Origin: Azolla caroliniana
Lineage: Eukaryota > Plantae > Polypodiophyta
Direction of reading: 5' to 3'
Length of the DNA stretch: 64,000 nt
NCBI GenBank assembly: GCA_043228905.1
Contig: JBHGNT010000011.1
Coordinates: forward strand, 8,804,001 to 8,868,000
Shown: positions 51,292 through 64,000 of the stretch, piece by piece
Layout of the letters: each line of letters starts with the position of its first letter
Numbering within the stretch: position 1 is the stretch's first letter
Made by a program: the position numbers and the translations under genes
The notes under the pieces: model-generated
Told to the model about the DNA's origin: nothing
What the model saw: the letters and a program-made list of their open reading frames with translations, nothing else
The model's database searches: none

Positions 51292-51901
51292 CCATCCCCC
51301 GGTTGTCCTCTGCACTTTGCAGGAATCGTGGTCGCCAAAATAGTGTTGTCTGTCTGGCCGGACTAGCCTCAACACAGGTGTCTATCCGACACTTCTCCAA
51401 AGGGGTGGTAAGGATTGGATGCTAGGTTACACGCGTAAGATGATTACACTAAGCACAGACCGTAAAACAATACAAAGACAAAGATAAACACGCAATAAGT
51501 ATATTTGTATTACTTCCGTAAAGCATTTACAAATCATCGGATCCTTTTATAGGCATCTGGCAAGGTTACAATCGGTGCGCTTAGGCAACCGGCATCCGAA
51601 TCGGTCCGGATCCGGATCGGTACAACTGTACCGGATCCGTCCCTCCGAATAATAAATATACTATTATTTACTTCCTATTATCCGATCCGACTCCGCCTTC
51701 CCACTTGTCCTTGCTCTTCTGACCGGCCAACACCTATCGTAGAACTCGCTTAGCACAATCCAAGTGAGTATCACGCGGTGTTTGCATGAATTGGCTAAGG
51801 AGACCGATTGGATAACTGAGATCGGGTCGTGTGATCGTGAGGTAGATGAGACTCCCGATGAGTTGCCGATACTGAGTCGGCTCACACGCTTTGGTGCCGG
51901 A

Positions 51902-52655
51902 TGACAGGAACCCAACGTTCCTTATGCGCGACGCTCGGCCACAACCGAGCGTAGAATGATACACAGAAAAACGGGAAATAAAACCACGGTAGTCCACAGG
52001 CTGCAAACTGTCACTATGTAAGAATGTACAAAACAGTGAGTCCACAGAGGCAACGATCTCGTGCTCACGATCTTCGCCACAGGCGGCGGTTACAACAGAG
52101 GTAACGACCTCGTCTCTCTCTCTCTCTCTGAACAGGTACGCACTCTCTCTTCTTCTTGCACCAACAAGGAAGAATGACGATAACACACTAAAAAAAAGTT
52201 TGCCCTAAGTCATATTTATACTAATATGACTTTTCGACTATTTACAAATATAGCCTCGATGGGCTCTCAGAAACATATTTACGAATATGTCTCTTCCTTC
52301 GGTTCTCACCGGGTCTGCACCATCCGGCTCTCCGTAGCCAAGTACTCCTCATCCGGTTCACACCGGGTCTGCACCATCCGGCTCTCCGTAGACGGGTACT
52401 CCTCATCCGGTTCACACCGGGTCTGCACCATCCGGCTCTCCGTAGCCGGGTACTCCTCATCCGGTTCACACCGGGTCTGCACCATCCGGCTCTCCATAGC
52501 CGGGTACTGCTCATCCGGTTCACACCGGGTCTGCACCATTCGGCTCTCCGTAGCCAGGTACTCCTCATCCGGTTCTCACCGGATCTGCATCATCCGAGTT
52601 TGTTCATCGGCACTGTTCTTCTCCCTTCCCATCCGGAGGGACCTGTCTCCCAGCA
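51902..52655 (-). mobile_element. Solo LTR of copia family C in B2 RT, TSD CCGGA/CCAGA
   Basis: Reverse complement of the C1-type LTR with 5-6 copies of the 54-bp repeat. Confidence 0.9.
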
Positions 52656-55600
52656 CCAGAGTGCGCATCTAGTTTGAGATTACGATCGAGCGGGGTTGCC
52701 ACGGATTTGCACTCAGCCATCCCGAAATTGTATAGTAAGTTGAGGATGTAGTGTCGTTAAGAGATCATGATCCCGGCCGGAGTCCGAATTACCTCGATGC
52801 CGAGGAAGTAGTGGAGCTCCTTCATGTCCGTCATCTCGAACTTGTCGGAAAGGAGGGATTTGACTTTATTGATTTCGATGAGATGCTCACCTCCAATGAC
52901 TAGGTCATCCACATATAAAATGATGATGATCGGACTTGCAGAATTGCTTCGTATGTAGAGGGAGTTGTCCGATTTTGACATACGGAAGCCAATTTGATGA
53001 AGATATTGTGTTATCTTCGAATGCCAAGCACGTGGTGCTTTCTTGAGGCCGTAGAGTGGCTTCTTGAGTCAGCAAACAACTTTCGGATGGGTGCTCGAGT
53101 TGAAGCCGGGTGGTTGGATCATGTACACCTCTTCTAATTCGCCTTGGAGAAAGGCGTTCTTGACGTCCATTTGATGGAGGTGCCACCCTTTCGCCGCGGC
53201 AAGAGCAATTACGGTCCGTACGGTCGTCATCTTTGCCACCGGGGCAAAGGTCTCTTTGTAGTCGACGCCATGCGTTTGAGCGTATCCTTTCGCTACGAGT
53301 CGAGCTTTGTAGCAGTTTACGGAGACATCAATGTTATACTTCTTGTAGATCCATCTGCATCCGATCACCTTTTTGTGTGGTGAGGTGGAAACGAGATCCC
53401 ACGTCTTGTTCTTCCGTAGTGCCTGCATCTCCTCGTTCATTGCTTCGATCCATCACGGGTCCTTCGCGGCTTCCGAAAAGGTTTCCGGCTCCCGTACTGT
53501 TGCAACCTTCATCATAAAGGCGTACTGGTACGCCATATAATCGTTGTAGCCGAATCAGCTTATGGGGTTCTTTTCACGGGTGGAGCGACGAAGCTTTTCA
53601 TTTGCTAAGATGAGGGCTTTCTTAGCTCCGATTGGTACATCGAAACCGCCGAACTCACTGTCGAGTGAGTGAGTCGACTCATCGTCGTCGAAACGATCAT
53701 CTGCGTATTCCGCCATTTTCACCTTACCCGTGTCCATCTTTGGGCTAGGCCGTGATGTGCTTTGATCGCTCAAAGTCTCTTGTGGGCGTGATCGAACTCT
53801 CTTCGAACATGTGCCTAAGGCGATCCTCATCCTCTATCTCTTGTTCGACAGATTCTTGGTCGAGCGGAGTCGGAGTCGGAGTTGTCTCTGGTGCGTACCA
53901 GGATGCGGACTCGTCAAAAACGACGTCTCGACTTACTCGAGATTTTCGAGTTGAAGGGTTGTAGCACTTGTACCCCTTTTGCTCTAGTGAGTATTCTACG
54001 AGGATACATTTCTCCGACTTCGGGTCAAGCTTTTGACGCTTCTCGTCGGGGATGTGCATGTATGCTATCGTGCCGAATATCTGGATGTGCGATAAGTCCG
54101 GCTTCTTTCCAAAGTATTTTTCGTGCGGAGTGACATCGTGCACGTCAGATGTTGTGCACCGGTTCATTAGGTAGACGACCGTATTTGGAGCTTCGGCCCA
54201 ATATGACTTGGGCATATGCTTCTCGTTCATCATGGCCCGCGCTACTTCGAGGATGTGCCGATTTTTGCGCTCGGCTACTCCGTTTTGTTGCGGAGTGTGT
54301 CGGCAAGTGAATTCTCGCCGAATTCCTTCCGATCGAAGGACTCCTTGCCGCCATCCGATCGAAGGCATCGTACATGTCTGCTCGTGGCTTTCTCGATTTC
54401 ATTCTTGAAATTTTGGAAGTGTCCGAACACTTTGCTCTTTTGCCACATCGGGTAGATCCAAGTGTGCCTAGAGAAGTCGTCGATGAAGAGCACGTAATAT
54501 CGGCATCCGCCAAATGTAGCCATGTGCGCCGGTTCCCATACGTCAGAATGGAGTACGTCGAGTAGACCTTTGCTCACGTTCCACTCTTTTGGGAATGGGT
54601 GTCGGTGTTGCTTTCCTAATTGGCACGCTTCACATACACCTTCAATCTCCTTCTCTTTTAATGTCGGGAGTCCGATGATGACTCCTTTTGATTTCATTGC
54701 TTTGAGTTTGTTGAGATTGATGTGGCCGATTCGCTTGTGCCATAGCTCTATGTTGGAGTCGGCTTTCGTGTTTTTCGCGAACATGGCGGATTTCATCTCG
54801 CATGAATCGAGAATGAACATCCGGCCCTCTCTTCATCTGCATGCGATGAGTCGGCCCTCTTTTTCGATGAAGCAACCGCCTTGATTAAATCGAACTTGCA
54901 TCCCTTGCTCTACTATTTGGCCGACGGAGACCAAATTCTTCGTAATGGTCGGTACATGCAAGACATTTTTAATGTAATTTTGCTTACCTTCTTTGCCAAA
55001 TGGAACATTGCCAATGTGCCAAATCGGGTGCGTAGTGTCGTCTCGGGTTTTCGACATAGCTAGGTTGGTCCGGATCTTGAAGTTCTCGGAACCATTCTTG
55101 ATGCGATGTCATATGGTTCGAGGCACCAGAATCGACGAACCATACATCTTCCGGACCGGAGGCACTAGTTGAGGTAGCGGCCGACATAGAGTTTGCTCTA
55201 TGTTTCATCATGAACATTCCGCCACGGTCGGAGTTGTGCGCATACATTCCGCCACGATATTCATAGTCGGAGTTGTGCCCGTACATTTTGCCACGGTCGG
55301 AGTTGTGTGCATAGATTCTGCCACGATCTTCGTAGTCGGAGTTGTGTGTGTAATTCGTGAGTTGTCGGTTTGTGGAAGCCGATTCACGCATCTTCTTTCG
55401 GCACTCTTCTTCGTGGTGACCGAGCTTTCCGCAATATCCGCGTTCGGTTGCGTTTTGACGGCTCGGGCCGGAGTGGGAGCTCCCCCTTCTTGCGAAGGTT
55501 CCTTGTTGGCCTCTGTTTTGCGGCCGAAATTGGGAGTTGTTGTCGTAGGTCGGACCTCGTCCGCCTTGTCCTTGGCCAAATTGGCCTCTTGCTCGTCTGC

Positions 55601-58173
55601 ATCCTCTTCCTCCATTAGAGTGTGTGTAGAGCATGTGTCCTTCCGACTCATTGCTCCGTGTACGCACGTGGTTTTTTTCGACCAATAGCATTGATTGGAG
55701 CTCGAAGAAGGAGGGAGATTTCTCCCGTGCTAGAACGGCGGTTCGCATCGCGCCGAACCGCGGTGCGAGGCCGCCGAGGCATATTTGCACCATCTCATCA
55801 TCATCTATAGTTATGCTTATTGAGCTGAGCGAGTCGCAAAGCTCCTTGATCTTCAAGGTGTATGTCGTGATGGACATGTCCCTTTGTTGAATGTTGTTCA
55901 ACTCTTGGCGGAGTTGAACCTTCCTCGCGGTCGTGTTGGCGGCGAAAATCTTTCGTAGATTTTCCCACGCTTCCTTCGGCATCTTGGCTTCTCAAATGTA
56001 ACCGAGCATGTGGTCATAAACACATGTCGCCAAACAATACATCACACGGCTTGCGGCTTGCTCCCATGTCGCATATCCGGGAGCCGCTTTGGTGGGTCAG
56101 TCTTCATGCGCTCCTTTGATGTAGCTCCAATAGCCTTGTTCGACAAGGAATTGGTGCATCTTGTACTCCCAAGATGTGAAGTTGTTTCGATCCAACTTCT
56201 CGGTAGGGAGAGCGCTCCCCATTTGAGTATTCATTATGTCCATTCTTCTTCTTCTTCTTCTCTCTTCGAATGCGAGCTATGTAGCGAAGCTACGATAGCT
56301 ATGAGCCGGTTCTTGGTCGTCGGCGTAGAGCACAACACACGATCACGATGAGGCGAATGGCCTAGATTGAGCTACCAAATCGCTCTGATACCATGTAAAG
56401 AATCAAGAGATGGATTCTTGTGAAGCGGAAGAGATTTGAGTTATGTGTGTGTGTAAGAGAGAGAGAGAGAGTGAAACACCGAGAATACGCAAGGTAAAAG
56501 TATATTGACAAAGGAGAAAGACCCAACATTATACAAGGTGGGAGGAGGGTGCTTTATGTAGTCACCCTCTCTCTTCATTAACAACGAGACTCATGGAGCA
56601 TGGGGAATGTAAAAGCTCATAAGTTATGTGTCATAGAATATGATTCTATGACTCATACTAAATGCTAGAATACAAAGAGGTGACTTAATGGTGACTCTTG
56701 ACCGTTGGAGTGTCTATTCACTCTCAAGGTGAGTTCACACACTAGACCAAGTTGAGCTTGATTCTCAACAACGATGTGTCTCCCACTCTGTCCTCTCTTG
56801 AGCCTTCTCTTACGATATTAATTATTGTTGTGCATTGGGTCGAGCGTGGTTGCCCTAATCGCACACGCTCACCTCATGACCCATTTGCATATGATGTTGA
56901 GTATGCCACTCTTCCATTTATTGAGCCATCACTTGGCTGATTCTATGGGATGTTGTGGTCTTGACGAGGTGTATGTCGCCTACCTATGCCACTCTACTCT
57001 CTATTGAGTCATCACTTGGCCGATTCTATGGGAAGTTGTGGCCTTAACGAGGTACATGTCGCTTACCTATGCCATTTTACTCTTTATTGAGCCATCAATT
57101 GGCAGATTCTAGGGAGTTGTGGTGGTCTTGAGGAAGTGGATGTCAACTACCTTAGGGTTTCATACCTTAAGGCATGCTTAATGATTCATACACCTAATTG
57201 ATTATTATTCTAATTAATTCCTACTTACACAAATTTTCGTTTCACTTTTGTATGATTTTCTAGTATTTGTCATTTACCCACCCACAATTAACTCTCTTTC
57301 TTGCCCTTATTTTAAGTTCATCTACACTATTTATGTACGTTTAATGGTGTAACGATTCATGTAGACTATTTTTTAATATTGAGTGGGCATCATGCCGTTT
57401 TTTGAACGATTTTTACCAACGACTCATCTAGGTTTAACTCATATTATCGACCCTTAGAACTCGAGTAAAACTCATAGATTTGAGTTCTACATCTTTGCGC
57501 ACAACACCACTGCCACTTGTATCAATTTGTGGCTTATGTCACAATTGTGCAAATTACAACCACCATATTGGGATGTATGTGGCTTATGTCACAATTGTGC
57601 AAATTACAACCACCATATTGGCATGTATATGTGCATACCTCGCACCATCCATTTATTTGTGACATTTTGTTTTTAGTAGGTAACACATGTGTTTTTTGAC
57701 CCTTGTTTTCGTCACTGCTTGATTCTTATGGGTAGTGCCTTATTTTATCGTTTTTGTCATAACATTTGCTTGTTACTCGCAAGACTAGAATATTACTTGC
57801 GAGTGCACTTGTTTTTTCACGTAATACACTTTCTCAACCATATCAATACATGTTGGGTTGGCATTCTAATATAAGGCTAACTAGGAAACTACGTTGATGT
57901 TAGAACCATGGTTGAGCCTCAGGGAGCCGCCATGATTATTCAAGATAGAGATTCAAGAAAGACATCTTAGCAATGTTTTCCCCCATGGTTTTTAAAACAC
58001 CATAGTGTTACCATAGTTATCGGATTTCGAATCACATCCCATATGTCTAGAGGGGTAAAGACGTGAGATGCTTTCTTGGTAAAATTCTTACAATCAAAAT
58101 TTCAAGCATTCATTTTGCTTGTGTATTTTCTAAACCTCCTTATTTATATTGCGTAGGTCCCATAGATTGCATC

Positions 58174-61100
58174 ATGGAACAAGTTTTGAACGTTGTTGGA
58201 GCAATCTCTTCGACTAAGACCTCTCAACTCCAATTCGCATCTCGCGCACAAGTTGAGATCACTATTGAGCAATTGCTCACTATTACCTCAAATCAATTGG
58301 CCGAAATGAGGTAGGACAATATGGCATTGGAAAAGAAATTCCAAGAATTGACAATTGAGTCCAAGAAAGAAAGAACCGAGGAGGCCATTAGCACTTGGCT
58401 TGGTCGTTGGGAGTCTCACTTTGAGCTCTACCCCAAGCTCGATGCTGTAAAAATTGGTTACGTCGGTCGTGAGTTAGGTGGCTGAGCTGCTGCTTGGTGG
58501 CGCGCGCGACCTAAGGACTGCAAAGAGCTTACCCACAACTTGGGAAGGTTTCGTTGATGTTTTTAAGAAACCGTTTTTGCAACCACCTTCTCAAACTGAA
58601 CAAGCGCAACACTTGCTCACGTTGTTGAGTAAGCCATTTACCTCTCTCGAGGATTATGTGCATCATGCTCGGACCCAGATCCAAAAATCGGGACTTACGG
58701 GTGAGAAATGGTTTGTTGCTTGCTTGTTGAATGGTATTCCTAAAGGGGATTACCATTAGATTGTCCATGACAAGGACCCCACAACTTTTGAGGAAGCCGT
58801 CAACGTTGTACTACGGTACCATAGGACTTCCAAGAAAGACCACAATAAACCTGAGTTTGCCAAAACTCCGAATGTCAAGTTCATTGGGAAACGTAAGCAA
58901 TCCAATGACACTCTTGACCGCGACTCCAAGAAACCTAACCTCTTCTGTGCATATTGCAAGAAATGGGGCCAATGAACACCCCTCCTCAAGACAAATCTAG
59001 GAGTCACACAGGTGAGTTTTTTGATGTTGTTGAAGTTCATACCAACCACTTAAGTTCATGTGAATGCCCTTTTCCTTCACATTTACTTGGTCCTAATGAT
59101 TTACTCCGAGCAGTCGGGTATATCAATGGAACACAAGCACATTTCTTGTTTGATTCTGGCAGTTCTCACAATTTTCTTAATGATCATTTTGTGCAGCAAA
59201 TGGAACTCCACATAAGCGTAAGTGATCATATCTACCAAGTTCACATGGCAAATGGAAGTGTTCAATACATTAGTGGCAATGTTTGTCAACTGCCAATTCA
59301 AATAGGATACGCTTGGTTTTTTAATAAAAACCCTTCTTTGTCCGTTGATTGGGTTAATCACTCAATCACATTTGAACTTAATAATCGTAAACATTTTATT
59401 CAATGTTCCAAACTTCCGAGATCAACTCGGTGATATTTTACTCACCGATATTTTCCGAGATCAACTCGGTGATTTTGTTGTCGTCTTCTTGGATGATATT
59501 TTGATATATAGACGTACCTTGCAAGATCATGTTCAACATGTTCGATTTGTTTTGCAAAAGTTGCGTGACAACTCTTTCTATGCAAAACATTCAAAATGTG
59601 ATTTTTTCCAAAAATGTATTGTGTACCTAGGTCATTTAATTATGGAAAATGGTGTTGAAATTGAACCTTCTCGTATTGAAAAGGTTAAACTTTGGCCCAT
59701 TCCTCGTAATATTCGTGAACTGTGATCATTCTTAGGGTTTGTTGGATTTTTACAAAAATCAATTCATAACTATTCCAAATTGACTACGCCATTAACTGAC
59801 CTTTTAAATGGTCATCCACGTAAGTCTGTCAAACCAATTGCATGGAATGAACAACTTGACAAATCATTTGAGACACTCAAAGAGCATGTGTGTTTGGCTC
59901 CCATTCTTCTATTACCGGACCCTTCTAAGCCTTTCTCAATCGAAACCGATGCCAGTGATTATGCTATTGGTGTCGTTCTTTATCAAGGCGGTCACCCTAT
60001 TGCTTTTGAAAGTAAGAAGCTTGATGCTGCTCAATCTCGGTATTTAGTTCAAGAGAAAGAGTTGTTTGTGGTAATACATGCACTTAAAACATGGAGGCAC
60101 TATCTCTATGGAAATAAAATTGTGGTTACAACAGACCATCAATCATTGAAGTATTTTTGTGACCAGCCAGATCTTATTGGTCGTAAAGCCCGTTGGGCTG
60201 ACCTTATGCAAGATTTTTATTTTTCCATATGGTATCACAAGGTGAACATTGTTGCGGATGCTCTTAGTCGCATTAAAGAAGTTAACATGCTTAGCTTCAA
60301 GGAAATAGAATCTGATCTTTTAGATCACCTTCGAGGGAAATACCTTGATGACAGTTATTTTTCAAAATACTAGATGAAAGACAAATCTGGTTTAGATGCC
60401 GATACTAGTAGCCTACCCTCGAAGGCGACCTTTCAGATTACAAACAGTTTACTCTACCGTAGTGGAAAGGTCTGTGTTCCAGATTTACCAAACATAAAAA
60501 CAGAAAATTCTTCATGAATGTCATGATGCACCATTTGCTGGTCATCCTGGAATACAACACACACTCGTTCTCATCTCGAGTACTTTTTTCTGGCCTAAGA
60601 TGCGCTCTGACGTGCATAAATATGTAACTCAATGCTTACAATGTCAGATTAATAAGTCGGAACGACTTAAAGCTGCGGGTCTTTTACATCCCTTAGATAT
60701 TCCCAACAACAAATGGGAAAGTATCTCGATGGATGTTATTGTTAGTTTACTTCGTACACAGAGGGGTCATGATGCCATTTGGGTTGTCGTTGACAGTCTA
60801 ACAAAATTGGCTAGATTTATTCCTACCAAAACCACGGTAACCGCACAACAATTGGCTTATCAATTTGTTGATGAGTTATTTTGTTTTTACGGATTACCGA
60901 TGGATATTGTTAGTGATCGAGATTCCAAGTTTACTAGTGACTTTTGGACTCAAGTCTTTAAGAAACTGACTCTACGTCATTGTCTACGTGCAAGTGCGCT
61001 AAGTTAGCCCCACAATATTGTGGCCCATTTGAAATCCTTAAGCGGGTTGGGTCATCTTCTTATCACCTTGCCTTACCCCGTAACATTGGTATTCATCCTG

Positions 61101-61780
61101 TTTTTCACGTAAGTCGTCTAAAACCATTTTTAGGCTCTGGTGATAACACCATTGTTGAGAGACAAGCTCAAAATCGGCCGGATTGGCTGAAGAAGCCGAG
61201 GACCAGATCGGTTGGGACCGATTGGTTAGGCCGAGTGCGTAAACCGAGAGGCCGTTAGGAAAGATATTCCGTGAGGAATATATTTGGGAGTTAGTGTAGG
61301 AGCTCTTAATGAGCATTGAAGTACTGTCAGTACTTCGATCAATCCTTCTAGGACTTGTATAAAAGTGTTCATGGAACACACATATGTATAGAGTAGTGAA
61401 TCGAGATCTTTTGTTGAATATAGTTCTTGTGTTTTCTCTCTCTCACTCTCTCTGTCTCTCCCGAGTATACTGTGTAAGCTCAAGCTCTCCATTAAACCTG
61501 AGTTTTCTTCCTTCTGTTCGTTTTTTATACTTGCTTCCGCACGCTACTTTTTACAACCATCACAATCCAAGATCTTGTAACATTAGAGGATTTTTCTTAC
61601 AAACCTCATGTTCTTGAACGAATTCTTGATTCTCGTACTAAACGTTTATGTTCTAAAGAGATTCGGCTATTCCAAATCAAATGGATGGATAAACCTATTG
61701 ATGATGCCACATGGGAACGCGAGCATACTGTTCAGGTACAATTTCCTCACTTTATATTGCAAGAGTGCAATCTTTTGAAG
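58174..61780 (+). pseudogene. pol: G2 gag-pol with C-terminal chromodomain-like domain; RT N-terminal half and part of IN deleted
   Basis: FLFDSGSSHNF; VVFLDDILIY; ETDASDYAIG; CLQCQINK; WESISMD; SDRDSKF; IHPVFHVS; ILDSR...IKW..KPIDDATWE. Confidence 0.87.
61153..61555 (+). mobile_element. Solo LTR (403 bp), related to the copia E LTR, TSD ACCAT
   Basis: TGTTGAGAGACAAGCTCAA...TTTTACA; ACCAT on both sides; shares blocks with the reverse complement of 29991..30373. Confidence 0.9.
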
Positions 61781-64000
61781 TAGGGGAGTATGTTATGTAC
61801 ACATAACATTGGTGAGGGTAGGTCACAAATATTTACATTAGTGAAGGGTATGTTCACTAATGTTAAAAAGGGGACTAATGATTGGATAGAAGGAATGATA
61901 GGTGCATGCACTATCATGATTTGGACAACCAATGAATGGAGAGCCTTTTAGAAAGGCACATCTATTCAAGGGGCCTAGTAAAAGGTATAAATATGAGGCT
62001 TAGCTACCCTCATAATCAGATTACGTCGGAAGGCTACTGTCTTAGACACCGGTGGTGCGGGCTAGGCTTTCGTCTCGACGATCGTGTTTATCTCTTCCAA
62101 GGTATTAGTCATCCTAATATCCGACGGTATGGGACGTCGGTGGTAGGTTTGCTATGTCTAGATCATAGCTCAGGGGTGGTCGGGTGGAACGGGTTCTTCT
62201 ATCCATTCTATTTTCCTTCTTTTACTTTAGTTTGGTCTATTGATTAGTAATAGGCTCTTAACACTTGGGCCTGTTCACGACGCTCATCTCGGCAGAAATT
62301 CCCCCTACAGTTGTTCTAATTGCGTCGGTGATTGCGGTACCCATGGCGTTTCGGGTTTCGTCTGTCCTTGTCTGGGTAGGCTCGTTGTTCCGGCTACCTT
62401 CTATCATCCCTTTGCCGGTCATAATCCAGGGAGTAATCGTGCTTGTAGCGATCCCAGTCGTAGACGTCTCTTCGTCTGTTCTCATATCTGTCACCATGTT
62501 TCAATCATTATCGTTCATCCCTCCTAATTCATTTCTTGTTCGGTCGTTGCTCAGTTCAGGTCTCAATATGTACTCACACTGTTCCATAGTGTGTGACCGA
62601 GAGTGGCACAACATGCATTGAGTCCGCATTGTGCATTCTAATGTGGAGTGTACGGGGTTGAGGCGTGTTGTGCATTGCACTGCCTAGCGGAATCGTAGAT
62701 CCTCCTCTTTAGGAACCGCTCGTTAGAGAGTCCCCATCAACATGTAATTACTATTCTTATCCATTTCCAATACACGGTCGATAACTTGATCGATAGTGCT
62801 AGTCCAGAAATCCAACATTTTTAGCATTGTTCAGAGAGCTCTTGGAGCGCAGCCAAAAATACTTCTTTCGCCTCATCTTCTGGTGGTGCTCTGGTCAGCT
62901 AGTTGTGCAACGTCTTGAAGCGAATGATGAACTGTGCAACCATCTTGTTAGGTTCCTGATAGGCTATGTAAAATTGGCCGACCAGCTCCCTCTATTCCAC
63001 ATGTCGCTGAAACAGTCACAAAAAGTTTTCCTTCAAGGCATCGAACGTACCAAAGCTACCGGGAAGATGGTTTGCATGCCACCTCGCTGCTAGTCATTCC
63101 GAACTCCGCAATTTTTGAACGCTCAACCTTTGCTTCTGTCAATCATTGCGAGACATGGTTAACTTCCCATGTCTGTAAGAAGGCATAGACGTGTGCCTTT
63201 GCATTTGGGTCGTCCCGGTATTTCGGGTACGAGTATGGAATGGTGTCGTTGTCTAAAGGTTGTTCTGGGGGGTGGTGTTGGTACCTGCTCGTCCTTTTTC
63301 TCCGATTTCCGGTCCGGTGGTGGTTTCCGTACGTGCTCGTTCTTCTCCTTCGATTGTTGGTCTGATGGTGGTGTTGGTACTCGATTGCTCGTCCTCTCAT
63401 TTTCCAGTGGTGTTGGTAATGTCGTTTCCGATTCTAGTGTCAGTGTGTGCTCCAAACTCTCGTCCTCTGGTACATCTGGAGCATCGTGACCACTTTGGTA
63501 GTTTGAATGGACGCAGTGTTTGTTGTTCGACTCTGACTCAAAGGCTGAATATGCCTCGGAGTCCCCGTCACCTATGGCTAGGGTTTGGAGTATTGATTCT
63601 ACATCGCGTAGACTGCTCAGGCTACTACCTTCGTTCGGATGTCATTGATTCTGTAACCGGTGACTCCTCCGCGACCCGCCAAATCTCTCTAGGAAAAGAC
63701 CGGTCCTATCGGATTTGCTCGACTGCCTGCTGGTAGGCGTCCTGCTTCCACAGTATCTCGGCTAGTCTTCTCGCTCATTCGGAAATTGGGTCGTTCATCA
63801 GTCTAGTCATCCATTCCCCTTTGTTCACTACACTTTAGCAGGAATCCAGGTCGCCAAAACTATGTTTATCATGGGCTAGACTAGCTAGAAACACACGGTG
63901 TCCTTCCGGAACTCTTCACCAAAAGGTGGTTAAGGGAATGATGTTATCCGACGCAGATCTGAGTCTAATCCGACTGATTCCGGTTTCGTAATAAACAACC

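Larger units (their letters stand above)
45979..51732 (-). mobile_element. Gypsy element A2, pol-less derivative (gag + extra ORF), TSD CCTAT
   Basis: 5' LTR 51344..51732; PBS 51327-51337; truncated 3' LTR 45979..~46275; gag joined at ~49355 to the spacer upstream of the extra ORF. Confidence 0.93.
45411..56240 (-). pseudogene. pol: B2 gag-pol, degenerate and split by A2 and a solo LTR
   Basis: gag ~55000-56240; IN 53745-54820; RT 52656-53440 and 51733-51901; RH 45411-45978 (TKHIEVHYHFIRE, ADIFTKAL). Confidence 0.88.
34039..56770 (-). mobile_element. Ty1/copia element B2, inserted in the G2 5' UTR; hosts C1, A2 and a solo C LTR
   Basis: 5' LTR 56394..56770; PBS 56382-56393; 3' LTR 34039..34209 + 45030..45248; PPT cttgagggggcg; TSD GCGAT/ACGAT. 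Confidence 0.92.
33248..62263 (+). mobile_element. Chromovirus element G2 (both LTRs), hosting B2 and a solo LTR
   Basis: LTRs 33248..33720 and 61791..62263; PBS gtggtatcaaagc 33721; PPT gaagtaggggagta before 61791; TSD CTCGG/CTTGG. Confidence 0.92.
32892..64000 (-). mobile_element. Gypsy element A4 (old, outermost host): 5' LTR from 63863 off the right edge, PBS 63846-63856, gag 62269..63810 and 32892..33247
   Basis: gag motifs PYPKYRDDPNAKAHVYAFLQTWE; QQVTTRSKGK near 32990; split by G2 with TSD ctcgg/cttgg. Confidence 0.82.

Overview
This 64-kb window is a block of plant (probably moss/bryophyte; inference) heterochromatin made almost entirely of nested LTR retrotransposons. I see no host gene. 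Using TG...CA ends, PBS, PPT and target-site duplications (TSDs) read by eye, I resolved about 15 insertions, labelled as families. A: non-chromovirus Ty3/gypsy (Athila/Phygy-like, tRNA-Arg-type PBS, ~1040-aa extra 3' ORF), 4 copies. B and E: related Ty1/copia elements with iMet PBS. C: Tnt1/Tork-like copia, 3 internal copies and 2 solo LTRs. F and G: chromoviruses. H: a 1.35-kb orphan solo-LTR-like insert with a 4-bp TSD. Nesting reaches 5-6 levels. Two signals stand out. (1) Family A has no polypurine tract. Both intact 3' junctions instead carry a conserved sense copy of a tRNA-like 3' end (TCCCACGGGCGTG-CCA) 2 nt before the 3' LTR, which could act as a second, plus-strand primer site. (2) The family F LTR starts with an antisense tRNA-length, tRNA-like cassette with A and B boxes. 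Lineage names and tRNA identities come from recalled motifs, not database searches.
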